Shown: positions 50,857-60,990, numbered from the stretch's first letter. The stretch: 64,000 bases of DNA from Gallionella sp. (GCA_027311105.1 DAICZN010000071.1:1164-65163); one strand, 5' to 3'. Translations and numbers: made by a program. The notes: generated by a model from the sequence alone, not told the origin.

Positions 50857-52620
50857 TCAGCCCGAAGAGCCCCGTGCATCGCGCCAGTGGCGGACAATCA
50901 GTTGCAGGCTTTGGTTGCCGTTGTATTCATTAATGCTCAGGCTATACACCGCATGGATCTGTTCGGGCAAGGGTTCCGCATGTCCGAACAGGATCGCCTC
51001 GATGAGCTTGCCGCGATTACTCAGACGCAGCTTTAAATGTTTTTCGCCAACCACGCGCTGGTTTTGCACGATGAAGTCGTCATTGAATTGCGGTGCCGGA
51101 AAGCCCTGCCCCCAAACTTGCGCATCCAAGGCTCTCGCCACTTCCAGATTCATGTCCGCAGGATCCAATGCGCCATCCGTTTCGATGCGCTGCGCCAGGT
51201 CACCCGCGCTGAGCAATTCGCCGGCAACCTTTTCAAAGGCCGCGACGAAGCGGTCCAGGTCGGGTTCAATGATGCTCAAACCCGCCGCGGCCGCGTGCCC
51301 GCCGAATTTTTTGATCAGCGACGGGTGGCGCTTGCTGACCAGGTCCAGTGCGTCGCGCAGATGCAACCCGGCGATGGAACGGCCCGAGCCTTTCAATTCG
51401 CCGTTGCCGGCTCGCGCGAACGCGATGGCCGGGCGATGGAACTTATCCTTGAGGCGCGAGGCAAGGATGCCTATCACGCCCTGGTGCCAGGATTCATCGA
51501 ACAGGGTGAGACTGAAGTTGTCGGATGGGTCGATGTTCTCCAATGCCGCCAGGGCGCTGTCCTGCATGTCAGTTTCTATGCTGCGCCGCTCGCGGTTGAG
51601 CGCGTCCAGCCTTGCGGCAATCTGCGTTGCGGTTGCGGCGTCATCGGTCAGCAGGCAATTGATGCCCAGGCTCATGTCGTCCAGCCTGCCCGCCGCGTTC
51701 AGGCGCGGGCCGACGGTAAATCCCAGGTCCTGGCTTGAAGCGCGCGCAGGATCCTTTTTTGCCGCCTGCAACAGCGCGCTGATGCCTGCGCAGGCGCGTC
51801 CGGCACGGATGCGCAGTAGTCCCTGTTGCACCAGGGCGCGATTGTTCTGGTCCAGCCTGACCACATCGGCGACGGTCCCCAATGCGACCAGGTCGAGCAG
51901 TTCGGCAAGCCTCGGTTCGGCTTGTGCTGCAAATGCTCCGCGCGCGCGCAGTTCGGCGCGCAACGCCAGCAGCACATAGAACATCACGCCGACACCCGCC
52001 AGATTCTTGCTGGGAAATGCGCAGCCGGGCTGGTTGGGATTGACGATGCAGGCCGCATCCGGCAGCGTGTCGCCGGGCAGGTGGTGATCGGTGACCAGGA
52101 CTTGCATGCCGAGCCGGTTGGCCTCGGCCACCCCGTCGACGCTGGCGATGCCGTTGTCCACGGTGACCAGAATGTCCGGCCCCGATTGGGAGGCCCCCGC
52201 AAGGGGAACGCCGTTGGGTACCCCGCCGCTATGCGGCGACCCTTTCGCAGCCAGGCGAACGATCTCGGGCGTCAATCCGTAGCCGTATTCAAACCGGTTC
52301 GGAACGATGAAGTCGACTTGAGCGCCGAAGGAGCGCAGGCCGCGTACCGCCACCGCGCAGGCTGTCGCACCGTCGGCGTCATAGTCGGCGATCACCACCA
52401 GCCTTTTTTTCGCGGCGATGGCATCAGCCAGGAGACACGCCATTTCACCGGCGTTCTTCAGCGCGTCAAATGGCAAAAGCCCGGCAAGGGTGGTATCAAG
52501 TTGCCTGCTGTCGGTGATGCCGCGCGCAGCAAAAATTCTTGCCAGGGCGGGTGCGTAACTGCTGTCGCGCAAGTGTTGCACTGCGGCTGGGGGAAAGTTG
52601 CGCGTGGTGATTTCTGGCAT
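50857..52620 (-). CDS. recJ: ssDNA exonuclease RecJ
   Basis: DYDADG, TVDNG, TDHH, PRLNAAGR, GGHAAA. Confidence 0.96.
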   Translation of the reverse strand: MPEITTRNFPPAAVQHLRDSSYAPALARIFAARGITDSRQLDTTLAGLLPFDALKNAGEMACLLADAIAAKKRLVVIADYDADGATACAVAVRGLRSFGAQVDFIVPNRFEYGYGLTPEIVRLAAKGSPHSGGVPNGVPLAGASQSGPDILVTVDNGIASVDGVAEANRLGMQVLVTDHHLPGDTLPDAACIVNPNQPGCAFPSKNLAGVGVMFYVLLALRAELRARGAFAAQAEPRLAELLDLVALGTVADVVRLDQNNRALVQQGLLRIRAGRACAGISALLQAAKKDPARASSQDLGFTVGPRLNAAGRLDDMSLGINCLLTDDAATATQIAARLDALNRERRSIETDMQDSALAALENIDPSDNFSLTLFDESWHQGVIGILASRLKDKFHRPAIAFARAGNGELKGSGRSIAGLHLRDALDLVSKRHPSLIKKFGGHAAAAGLSIIEPDLDRFVAAFEKVAGELLSAGDLAQRIETDGALDPADMNLEVARALDAQVWGQGFPAPQFNDDFIVQNQRVVGEKHLKLRLSNRGKLIEAILFGHAEPLPEQIHAVYSLSINEYNGNQSLQLIVRHWRDARGSSG

Positions 52621-52630
52621 GGCGACAGTA

Positions 52631-52722
52631 TAGCGTGTAGCTCGTGGCTTGTAGCGGGCAGCCAATTCGAGGGTGTGCGTTTTGCCCGCACCTTTTCAGC
52701 CGCCGCTACCCGCTAGCGGCTG
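52631..52722. repeat. Degenerate heptamer repeats in inverted arrangement in the recJ/aspartokinase divergent gap
   Basis: TAGCGTG TAGCTCG TGGCTTG TAGCGGG (52631-52658) and GCCGCTA CCCGCTA GCGGCTG (52702-52722). Confidence 0.6.
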
Positions 52723-52801
52723 CCGGCATTTTGCCGCCTCGTTTTTTTCGGCCAGTTGCGCTAGAATCGCGCCCACTTTTCAAGTCAGGCATGGAAAAAT
52801 C

Positions 52802-54034
52802 GTGGCTCTCATAGTTCAGAAGTACGGCGGAACCTCGGTAGGCAATCCGGAACGCATCAAGAACGTGGCGCGTCGCGTCGCAAAATTCAAGGCACTCGGG
52901 CATCAGGTCGTGGTCGTGGTCTCCGCGATGAGCGGCGAGACTAACCGCCTGATAGCGCTTGCACACGAGATCCAGAAACACCCCGACCCGCGCGAGCTGG
53001 ATGTGATCATTTCCACCGGCGAGCAGGTCACCATCGGCCTGCTGGCGATGGCGCTGAAGGAGCAGGGACTGAACGCCAAAAGCTACACCGGCGCGCAGGT
53101 CAAAATACTCACCGACAGCGCCTTTACCAAGGCGCGCATTGTTGCGATCGACGAACAGAACATACGCGCCGATCTGGCGGATGACTGCGTGGTGGTGGTG
53201 GCGGGTTTTCAGGGCGTGGACGAGGACGGCAATATCACCACGCTGGGACGTGGAGGCTCGGATACCACTGGCGTGGCAATCGCCGCCGCGTTGCGTGCCG
53301 ACGAATGCCAGATATATACCGATGTGGACGGCGTTTACACCACCGATCCGCGCATGGTTCCCGAGGCGCGCCGCCTGAAGACCATCACTTTTGAAGAAAT
53401 GCTGGAGATGGCCAGCCTGGGCTCCAAGGTATTGCAGATACGTTCGGTGGAATTCGCCGGTAAATACAAGGTCAAGCTGCGCGTGCTGTCCAGCTTTGAA
53501 GAAGAGGGCGAAGGCACGCTGATTACTTTTGAGGACAACGACAAAATGGAACAAGCAATCATTTCCGGGATCGCGTTCAACCGCGACGAGGCAAAAATCA
53601 CCGTGATGGGCGTGCCCGACAGGCCCGGCATCGCCTACCAGATTCTCGGGCCGGTCTCTGACGCCAACATTGATGTAGACATCATCATCCAGAACGTCGG
53701 CGTGGACGGCACCACCGATTTCTCATTTACCGTGCATCGCAACGAGTTTGCCAGGGCGATGGACATCCTGAAGAACAAGGTGCAACCGCACATAGGCGCG
53801 CGCGAGGTCATTGGCGACAACAAGGCGGCCAAGGTTTCGGTTGTCGGCGTCGGAATGCGCTCGCACGTCGGCATTGCCAGCAAGATGTTCCGCACGCTGG
53901 CTGAAGAGGGTATCAACATCCAGATGATCTCGACTTCGGAAATAAAAATTTCAGTGGTCATAGACGAGAAATATCTCGAGCTGGCAGTGCGCGTGCTGCA
54001 CAAAGCGTTCAACCTGGACCAGGAAGACGCATAA
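52802..54034 (+). CDS. lysC: Aspartate kinase
   Basis: [17 protein letters not shown], two ACT domains, STSEIKIS; GTG start. Confidence 0.95.
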   Translation: MALIVQKYGGTSVGNPERIKNVARRVAKFKALGHQVVVVVSAMSGETNRLIALAHEIQKHPDPRELDVIISTGEQVTIGLLAMALKEQGLNAKSYTGAQVKILTDSAFTKARIVAIDEQNIRADLADDCVVVVAGFQGVDEDGNITTLGRGGSDTTGVAIAAALRADECQIYTDVDGVYTTDPRMVPEARRLKTITFEEMLEMASLGSKVLQIRSVEFAGKYKVKLRVLSSFEEEGEGTLITFEDNDKMEQAIISGIAFNRDEAKITVMGVPDRPGIAYQILGPVSDANIDVDIIIQNVGVDGTTDFSFTVHRNEFARAMDILKNKVQPHIGAREVIGDNKAAKVSVVGVGMRSHVGIASKMFRTLAEEGINIQMISTSEIKISVVIDEKYLELAVRVLHKAFNLDQEDA

Positions 54035-54038
54035 TCGT

Positions 54039-54075
54039 TTGACCTTTCAGGTTGGGTACATTACTATGCGCGGCC
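54039..54075 (+). promoter_or_regulatory. Sigma-70 promoter of tRNA-Ser with GC-rich discriminator
   Basis: TTGACC-N17-TACTAT-GCGCGGCC. Confidence 0.8.
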
Positions 54076-54078
54076 TTC

Positions 54079-54172
54079 GGAGAGGTGGCCGAGAGGTCGA
54101 AGGCACGCCCCTGCTAAGGGCGCATACGAGCTTAAACTTGTATCGAGGGTTCGAATCCCTCCCTCTCCGCCA
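54079..54172 (+). tRNA. tRNA-Ser (GCT)
   Basis: GGAGAGG acceptor, CGCCC-CTGCTAA-GGGCG anticodon arm, long variable arm, GGTTCGAATCC, 3' GCCA. Confidence 0.97.
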
Positions 54173-54180
54173 GGTAGTCT

Positions 54181-54210
54181 GAGCCCTTCCTTGAGAAGGG
54201 TTCTTTTTTT
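54181..54210 (+). terminator. Intrinsic terminator after tRNA-Ser
   Basis: GAGCCCTTC-CTTGA-GAAGGGTTC followed by T7. Confidence 0.85.
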
Positions 54211-54700
54211 GCGGGATGCCCGCAGCAAGCGGGCTTGCTGGGAATGCCGATATTCCCTTGCAGGCAGTTGGAGGGCAGTTCCTTCATTCTCATCGAAACT
54301 TTCTCAGTTTGCTATTTCGCCGCTCCCACTTTGGTGGTTTCAACCGCAGATCATCGCATTTGTTCCTGTCTAAATGAGGAAGGCCCGCAATTGCGGGCCT
54401 GAGGGTGTTAGTGGATCAGGATGATTTAGCTGTTCATGCCCAACAACTTTCGTTGCCCAACTTGGAAAGACCGCACCAATCACTGGGCTATGGGACACCG
54501 CCGGATCAGGATACCGGACAGCAAGTGGCGGCGCACGGATTGTGGACAAATACGGTGAGACAGAAAAAGCTCACCCAGAAATAGAAACAAAAAAAGAAAC
54601 CGAAAGCCGGGACAGCGACGTTCCGCTGCATTTGAAAGGTTACCCTCTTAAACTCGATTCATTATTGTCTTGACAGAGAGGCCACTGCAGGATTCCCCAA

Positions 54701-54933
54701 TGCCGTCATTGCGAACGAAGTGAAGCAATCCGGCAAGACAAAGGTGCATTTTGTTAAACCATCCGGATTGCCACGCCGGCTTCGCCTCTGCCGCGCTTCG
54801 CTAGCGGCTGAAGCCTTGTTGCAACGACGGGGCATTCCCGATTCGCTGAATTCGCCAGAACGACGTGCCGGTTTTTCATTTCTCCCTGCCGCATTCCGAA
54901 AGATGCGTCACTGTCATGAAATATGGAAACCTC
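54701..54933 (+). repeat. Dispersed structured repeat, copy A
   Basis: Aligns by eye with 60316-60551 (reverse) and 61091-61356; CCGTCATTGCGA...TTGCAACGACGG palindromic module plus about 100-bp tail. Confidence 0.92.
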
Positions 54934-54957
54934 AATAGTGCATGCGTCAGGAGCACT

Positions 54958-56244
54958 TCAGCTCTTGATCAGCGCCAGTGACAGCGCCGGCCAGTAGGTG
55001 ATTATCAACACTGCAACCAGCAGAATCCCGACGAATGGCAGCACTGAGCGGAAAATTTCCAGCATCGGCCGGTCGAAGCGATACATGGCGATGAACAGGT
55101 TCATGCCCATGGGCGGCATCAGGTAGGCGATCTCCATATTTGCCAGGAAAATGATGCCGAGATGAACCGGATTAATACCATAGCCCACCGCAATGGGCAG
55201 GATCAATGGCACCATGATCACCAGCGCGGAAAATATATCGAGCATCATGCCAAGCACGAGCAGGAACAGGTTCAGCAACAGCAGAAAACTGAACCCATTG
55301 TGTACATGATCGCGGATGTAGGTGAATAGTTTGGTCGGAATCTCGGCGTCAAGCAGGTAATTGGTGGAAGCGAGTGACATGCCGAGCACGATCAGGATTG
55401 CACCGACCAGCACCATGGATTCGCGCATGATCCTGGGCAATACGGCAAAGCTGATCTCGCGGGTGATGAGTACTTCGACAATGAATACGTAAATTGCCGT
55501 CACTGCAGCAGCCTCGGACACGGCGAAGTAGCCGCTGTAGATGCCGCCGAGCACGATGACGGGCAAGGGCAACTCCCAGATCGCTTCGCGCAAAGCAGCC
55601 AATGCTTCGCGCCAGCTGAACGGCTGCGAAGGCAGCGAAGGCTGCGGGCCGCGCCTCTGCCACAACCCATAAAGCGACAGCAGGAATACGATCAGCAAGC
55701 CGGGCAGGATACCGGCCAGAAAAAGATCGCTGATCGCCACCGGATGGCCAATATTGAGTTGCTGTGCCACCACGCCGTAGAGTATGAGCGGCAGCGAGGG
55801 GGCAAACAGCAACCCAATGCTGCCCGAAGTGGTGACCAGCCCTAGGCTGTAGCGCTCCGGATAGCCTGCTTGTTTAAGGGCCGGATACAACAGGCCGCCG
55901 AGTGCCACGATGGTTACCCCGGATGCTCCAGTGAACGCGGTGAACATCGCGCAGATTAGCAACGCCACCGCCGCCAGCCCGCCGGGCAGCCAGCCGAAAA
56001 AAACATTGGTGATGCGCACCAGGCGATGAGGCGCTTGCGATTCGGCCAGCAGGTAACCGGCGAAGGTAAACAGCGGGATGGCCAGCAATACCGGCATTTC
56101 TGCCAAGCGGTAGATTGAGATGATGACTACCGTCAAGTCCACATCTTCGCGCGCGAAACTTATCATGACGCTGGCTGCAATGACCGCGAACAGCGGCGCG
56201 CCGAGCAGCGCCATGGCGATGAGCGCAAGACCGGCCAGGATCAC
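54958..56244 (-). CDS. TRAP transporter large permease (DctM-like)
   Basis: LLAIPLF, SGSIGLLFAPS, PVHLG, MPPMGMNLF; GTG start overlapping dctQ-like stop. Confidence 0.92.
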   Translation of the reverse strand: MILAGLALIAMALLGAPLFAVIAASVMISFAREDVDLTVVIISIYRLAEMPVLLAIPLFTFAGYLLAESQAPHRLVRITNVFFGWLPGGLAAVALLICAMFTAFTGASGVTIVALGGLLYPALKQAGYPERYSLGLVTTSGSIGLLFAPSLPLILYGVVAQQLNIGHPVAISDLFLAGILPGLLIVFLLSLYGLWQRRGPQPSLPSQPFSWREALAALREAIWELPLPVIVLGGIYSGYFAVSEAAAVTAIYVFIVEVLITREISFAVLPRIMRESMVLVGAILIVLGMSLASTNYLLDAEIPTKLFTYIRDHVHNGFSFLLLLNLFLLVLGMMLDIFSALVIMVPLILPIAVGYGINPVHLGIIFLANMEIAYLMPPMGMNLFIAMYRFDRPMLEIFRSVLPFVGILLVAVLIITYWPALSLALIKS

Positions 56245-56756
56245 TCTGTCTCCTTGCGGCCGCGGGCTTGCTGCACATGATGCACGAAACGCAAGGCATA
56301 ACGCAGGGCGATCAGGGTAAAGGCCAGCGGCAGGATGGTTTCGGCGACCCACACTGGCAGCAATCCCAATGCCATCTCGCCAGAGTCGCGCGCGCTCTGC
56401 ATGAAGCGCAACGCCTGCCATGCCAGCAGCAGACACACGACCAGGGTAAACAGGTCGGTCAACGCCCCCACACCCGCATTGACCCGGCCAGGCAGCCAGC
56501 GCGCAATGGCATCCACGTGAATGTGCTTGCCTTCACGACTGGCGGCTACGGCGCCCAGAAATGCCACCCACAACACCAGCAAGCGCAACAGTTGATCGGC
56601 GCCGAAGATGCTCATATCCAGAAAATTGCGCAGCAGTATCTGTGTGGCGGCCAGCAACACCATAGCCGCCAGCATGGCAATGAGCAGCGCGTTTTCCGCC
56701 CAGGTGACTATCTTTACCAGACGGGCAAGCGCGGGCGGCAAGTGGCGTATTTGCAT
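56241..56756 (-). CDS. TRAP transporter small permease (DctQ-like)
   Basis: 4 TM, FLGA..HIHVD. Confidence 0.88.
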   Translation of the reverse strand: MQIRHLPPALARLVKIVTWAENALLIAMLAAMVLLAATQILLRNFLDMSIFGADQLLRLLVLWVAFLGAVAASREGKHIHVDAIARWLPGRVNAGVGALTDLFTLVVCLLLAWQALRFMQSARDSGEMALGLLPVWVAETILPLAFTLIALRYALRFVHHVQQARGRKETE

Positions 56757-56759
56757 GTG

Positions 56760-57767
56760 CTAATGGGAGGGATGGCTGCGGCGGTACGCATCAAGATTCC
56801 TATGCAACTCCTTGAGCAATGCAGGCGAAAACGTTCCCTGTCCGCTCAGGCGCTGCGCGGTCTGGTCGGCTGCGTTGCGCAACTTGACCATCTCCTCCGG
56901 CGCCAGCGCGATGAACTCGATACCCTGCTTGCGCAATGCTTCGCGCGCAGCGTTGTCGTCAAGGCGCGCCTGGCGGCTCATCTCCGTATAAACGCGTCCC
57001 ATCACTTCGCGCACGACGGCCTGATCAGCCTTGCTCATGCCGGCAAAAGCCTTCTTGTCCACGACCAGTGCGCCAAAGATATACATGGTGGGTACGTCGG
57101 TCAGGTATTTCACTTTGGTATACCATTGCAAGGCGATGGCACCTGATGGGGTCGCGCCTATCGTGGTGATGAGCCCGGTCTGCAGCCCGGTGAGCACATC
57201 GGTGAGCGGCAGCGGCAGCGATGTGGCACCCAGGGTTTCGAACATTGCACGGCTGATGTCATCGCCTTCCGGCACCCATATTTTCTGGTTTTTCAGGTCG
57301 TCAACATGCCGCAACGGTGAACTCGACATCAGGTAGGCAAAGCCGCCGTCGGTGATGCCGAAGGTCACGAAACCATGCGCTTCGATGCCCTGTGAGATCA
57401 ACTTATCCATTAGCGCATGCACATAATCCAGTTCATCGTAGGATTGAAACAGCATCGGCAAACTATAGATTTGTGCATCCGGGTATATCTCTGCCAACGC
57501 GCCGCCGGTTAGAGCGCCTCCCTGCAACTGGCCAGCGCGAATCTTGCGCAGCACCTCACGGTCGCTGCCCATGCTGCCGCCCGGATAAAACCTGATAGTG
57601 ACCCGGCCCTCGGTACGCCGGGCAATCTCCTCTCCGCCCTTGCGAAGTTCCTGCATCCACAGCGTTCCATCTGGGGCAAGCGTGGCGATTTTCAAATTTA
57701 GCGCTCTGGCCTGGGTAAAAGGGATAATCAGCAGAGCGGCAAGCATAAGTAACAACTGTGAACGCAT
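56760..57767 (-). CDS. TRAP transporter substrate-binding protein (DctP/TatP-like)
   Basis: [25 protein letters not shown]. Confidence 0.9.
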   Translation of the reverse strand: MRSQLLLMLAALLIIPFTQARALNLKIATLAPDGTLWMQELRKGGEEIARRTEGRVTIRFYPGGSMGSDREVLRKIRAGQLQGGALTGGALAEIYPDAQIYSLPMLFQSYDELDYVHALMDKLISQGIEAHGFVTFGITDGGFAYLMSSSPLRHVDDLKNQKIWVPEGDDISRAMFETLGATSLPLPLTDVLTGLQTGLITTIGATPSGAIALQWYTKVKYLTDVPTMYIFGALVVDKKAFAGMSKADQAVVREVMGRVYTEMSRQARLDDNAAREALRKQGIEFIALAPEEMVKLRNAADQTAQRLSGQGTFSPALLKELHRNLDAYRRSHPSH

Positions 57768-57810
57768 TTATTCTCCTTGGTCGTCGACAGACTGTTTTCC
57801 AGTATTATTT

Positions 57811-58665
57811 TCAGAAGTAGCTATCCGCACTCGCGAGCAGCTGGCGCGCCTGCCGTTTGGCCAGCATGTTGCTCAGCGTCAGGCCCGGCGCAACGGCATC
57901 GGCATCCAGCACTTCATGCAACAGGCGGTCATGCAACGGCCTGTCATAAGTGATGCGGGCATAACAGCGCGCATATTCTACCTTGTCCATCAGGTCTCGA
58001 CCCGCCGACAGTTCTATGGCGCGCTCGAAATGGACACGCCCTTCTTCCGGCTTGCCACCCAGTGCCGGCGGCAGTAGTGAGGCGATCACGCCCAGATATA
58101 TGTGAGCCTCGCCGTGGTCATAAGTCTCGTCAAGCTCCACGACCCGCGCCATCATCGCCTTGACCTTGGCCAGATTGGCAATCGCATTCCAATCGCTGCT
58201 GTTGGCCTGTATCCAGCCGGCCCAGGCTGCGCCGCTGGCATACAGCACCGGCACATCGGCAACCTTCAGCGAGCTGATGGCGGCGGCAAAATCGCCGTAG
58301 GGTCGTTCCAGTAATTTGCATAGCCTGTCACTATGGACACATAACGCGCGATCACTGTAGACACGCGACTTGCGCGTTAACCGCTTGGCACGCTCCGGAT
58401 CCGTGACAAAGGCCGATGCGTAAGAGCCATACAACTTGCTGCCGGACAGCAGCAAGTTTTCATTTTCCGGATCACCCGCAATCATGCTGTCGACAAGTAG
58501 CAGGTAGGCTGGCATCCCGGCCTCCACCGTCTCCGGGTCATCCTCATTGAGGGCCGCGACGGATAAATTGTTGGCAAGCCGGTTGGTTGCCGACGCGGCC
58601 AAATTGGCGCACCCGGCCAGCGGCAACAACGCCAGAAGAACAAGCGGCAACCGTATTGGGCGCAT
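57811..58665 (-). CDS. TRAP transporter TatT component lipoprotein
   Basis: LAGC lipobox, DDPETV, LGGKPE..HFERA TPR-like helices, N..AK..A terminus; first gene of the TRAP operon. Confidence 0.85.
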   Translation of the reverse strand: MRPIRLPLVLLALLPLAGCANLAASATNRLANNLSVAALNEDDPETVEAGMPAYLLLVDSMIAGDPENENLLLSGSKLYGSYASAFVTDPERAKRLTRKSRVYSDRALCVHSDRLCKLLERPYGDFAAAISSLKVADVPVLYASGAAWAGWIQANSSDWNAIANLAKVKAMMARVVELDETYDHGEAHIYLGVIASLLPPALGGKPEEGRVHFERAIELSAGRDLMDKVEYARCYARITYDRPLHDRLLHEVLDADAVAPGLTLSNMLAKRQARQLLASADSYF

Positions 58666-59062
58666 CGTTGAAGTCAAGAATAAGTTCATTTGGATGGTTT
58701 TTGCGCACGCTAAACCATTTTCCCGGCACATGCAAACTGGATAGATCGGGTGAATTGAGGTAATTTTTCCACCAAGAGCTGGGGGGAGATTTAACCTTAA
58801 CCCTCGAAGACAGAGAATAAAAAATGGCAGTCTCGTGGGGGATACCGGCACCTGGGCAATATTCGATCGGCGCGAACACACTTGATAGACCGGATATCCT
58901 GCTTGATGCGGATGTGGGATAAGCGCAAGCGTGGCTACAAGGCGATGGGAGACGAAACAGGCGGGTGATTGAGCCTGCTTGTACGCAAGTGAACTGGACT
59001 CGTTTCTTGTTCCGGGAACAGGTAATGGCGAATGGGATTTCTCAACCCGCTGTTTTCCTGGT

Positions 59063-59233
59063 TTCCCTGATACACTCCCGTTAATTCCCTGTTACATAAT
59101 ATTAAATTCCCTGATATTATGCGCGGCCTTGAAGAAGATACTGTTCTGAAAGTGGCTCGGATACAGGCTTGGCGCGCATGATCCCATAAAATATACCGGG
59201 GAATCGTTAAAATTCCCCGTATTTTTCCCTGCT
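59063..59233 (+). repeat. TTCCCTGwTA phased element, copy 1
   Basis: Motif at 59063, 59085, 59107 (22-bp period) and 59225; paralogous to 60659-60808. Confidence 0.7.
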
Positions 59234-59337
59234 GGACTATCCAGTACAAAAAAAGAAACTTAATCGTCACTCATCAGTCCCACACGCGGTTTTGTAACCA
59301 GCTCCAATCCCTTGGCAAATTTCGACAGGAGAATCAA

Positions 59338-60162
59338 ATGTTGAGAAGCGTAGTAACCGGATTTACCCTTTTCGTTTCGGTGATTGTTTCCGGAGCGGCG
59401 TTTGCCGCCGACAGTCCGACAATGCACCAAATCTATGAAGCGGCCCAGGCAGGCCGTTTGAATGATGCACAGGGCATGATAAACCAGGTGCTCAAGGAAC
59501 ATCCCAACAGCGCCAAGGCGCATTATGTAGACGCCGAATTATTGGCAAAAGCCGGACACACGAACGAAGCCGGAGATGAATTGAACAAGGCAGAACGGCT
59601 GGAACCGGGCCTGGCGTTTGCCAGCCCGCAAGCAGTTCAGGACCTGAAGGCAAGGATTTCTGCAACTTCCGCGGGTCTGGTGCCTGTGACTACCAGCCAG
59701 GCGACCCAACAAGGTTTTCCCTGGGGCTGGCTGTTGCTGGGTATCGGAGCGATTGCGGTCATCACCTTCATTATGCGTTCATTGGCCAGACCCAATTCTT
59801 CGCCTGCCGGATATCCGGGTAATTACCAGCCGGGCATGTCGCCTCCGGGATATATGCCTGCTGGAGGAGCCGGCTATGCGCCCGTCGCGCCATCGGCGCC
59901 CGGGATGGGATCGGGAATCATTTCCGGCTTGGCAACCGGCGCCGCACTTGGTGCCGGGATGGTTGCCGGAGAGGAATTGGTCCATCATTTCATGGACGGT
60001 AATCGTGGCGATGGCAACATGATTCCCCAGGCACAACCCAACACCGGATGGAATAATCAGCCAGACACCATGGGTGGTGCGGATTTCGGGGTTGCTGATA
60101 ACTCTTCCTGGGACGACAGCTCCAATATCGCGGATATTTCGGGTGGGGATGACTGGTCCTGA
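59338..60162 (+). CDS. Exported TPR protein with TM helix and Pro/Gly-rich tail
   Basis: Signal peptide, HPNSAKAHY TPR, TM, GLATGAALGAG glycine zipper, acidic DDWS end. Confidence 0.85.
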   Translation: MLRSVVTGFTLFVSVIVSGAAFAADSPTMHQIYEAAQAGRLNDAQGMINQVLKEHPNSAKAHYVDAELLAKAGHTNEAGDELNKAERLEPGLAFASPQAVQDLKARISATSAGLVPVTTSQATQQGFPWGWLLLGIGAIAVITFIMRSLARPNSSPAGYPGNYQPGMSPPGYMPAGGAGYAPVAPSAPGMGSGIISGLATGAALGAGMVAGEELVHHFMDGNRGDGNMIPQAQPNTGWNNQPDTMGGADFGVADNSSWDDSSNIADISGGDDWS

Positions 60163-60188
60163 AGCCGCGGTAGTTCGTTGATATGAAG

Positions 60189-60218
60189 AAAAGCCATTCC
60201 GAAAGGTTTGGCTTTTTT
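60189..60218 (+). terminator. Intrinsic terminator after TPR gene
   Basis: AAAAGCCA-TTCCGAAAGGTT-TGGCTTTTTT. Confidence 0.8.
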
Positions 60219-60309
60219 GGTCTTTAAATTCAAATAATATCTATATGCTAGGCCCAGGCAAACATTGCTGCGGTCTTACTCGTCGATTGTGAGTGACGAT
60301 ATAAGCGGT

Positions 60310-60582
60310 ATTGTCGAGGTTTCCATATTTGATGACAGTGACGCATCTTTCGGAATGCGGTAAGGGGAAATGAAAAAACCGGTACGTCGTTCTGGCGAAT
60401 CCAGCGAATCGGGAATGTCCCGTCATTGCAACAAGACTTCAGCCGCGAGCGAAGCGCGGCAGAGGCGAAGCCGGCGTGGCAATCCGGATGGTTTAAGCAA
60501 AATGCATCTTTAGTCCTGCTGGATTGCTTCACTTCGTTCGCCTTGACGGCAAGGGTGTCATGAATTATGGAAGCATCAATAA
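60310..60582 (-). repeat. Dispersed structured repeat, copy B
   Basis: Reverse complement matches copy A and, with a 5' extension TTATTGATGCTTCCATAATTCATGACACCC, copy C. Confidence 0.92.
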
Positions 60583-60658
60583 ATCTTTCAATGGCCGCTT
60601 TCGCAGATATACCGCGACTTGAATGAATAAATTAAGGATGACAGGAAATCTATTTGCC

Positions 60659-60808
60659 TGGCCTGTTCCATAAAATGGAATTCCCTGATATGATGCGCGG
60701 CCTTTGAGGAAGGGCTGCTGCGGTTTTTTTCTTGTATTAGAGTTGAACAGATTTTCTTTTTATGGTTGCAACATAACAATAACAAAATCCGCAATAAATT
60801 CCCTGTAT
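60659..60808 (+). repeat. TTCCCTGwTA phased element, copy 2 (overlaps possible tRNA-Arg promoter)
   Basis: AATTCCCTGATATGATGCGCGGCCTT at 60679-60704; second TTCCCTG at 60799. Confidence 0.65.
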
Positions 60809-60871
60809 TCGGGGATTACTGTGGTGAGTTGGCAGCAGACAAGGCCGCCACCTAAGGTAACGAGTTAGTGC

Positions 60872-60948
60872 GCGCCCGTAGCTCAGCTGGATAGAGTACT
60901 TGGCTACGAACCAAGGGGTCGGGCGTTCGAATCGCTCCGGGCGCACCA
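60872..60948 (+). tRNA. tRNA-Arg (ACG)
   Basis: GCGCCCG acceptor, CTTGG-CTACGAA-CCAAG anticodon arm, GTTCGAATC, 3' ACCA; 77 nt. Confidence 0.97.
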
Positions 60949-60955
60949 ATAAATC

Positions 60956-60990
60956 AATGGGTTAGATCATTAATGGTCTAACCCATTTTT
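60956..60990 (+). terminator. Hairpin after tRNA-Arg
   Basis: AATGGGTTAGATCAT-TA-ATGGTCTAACCCATT followed by Ts. Confidence 0.7.

Noticed and set aside
60737-60949. 70-aa ORF MVRPERFERPTPWFVAKYSIQLSYGR
   Set aside because: Antisense shadow of tRNA-Arg.
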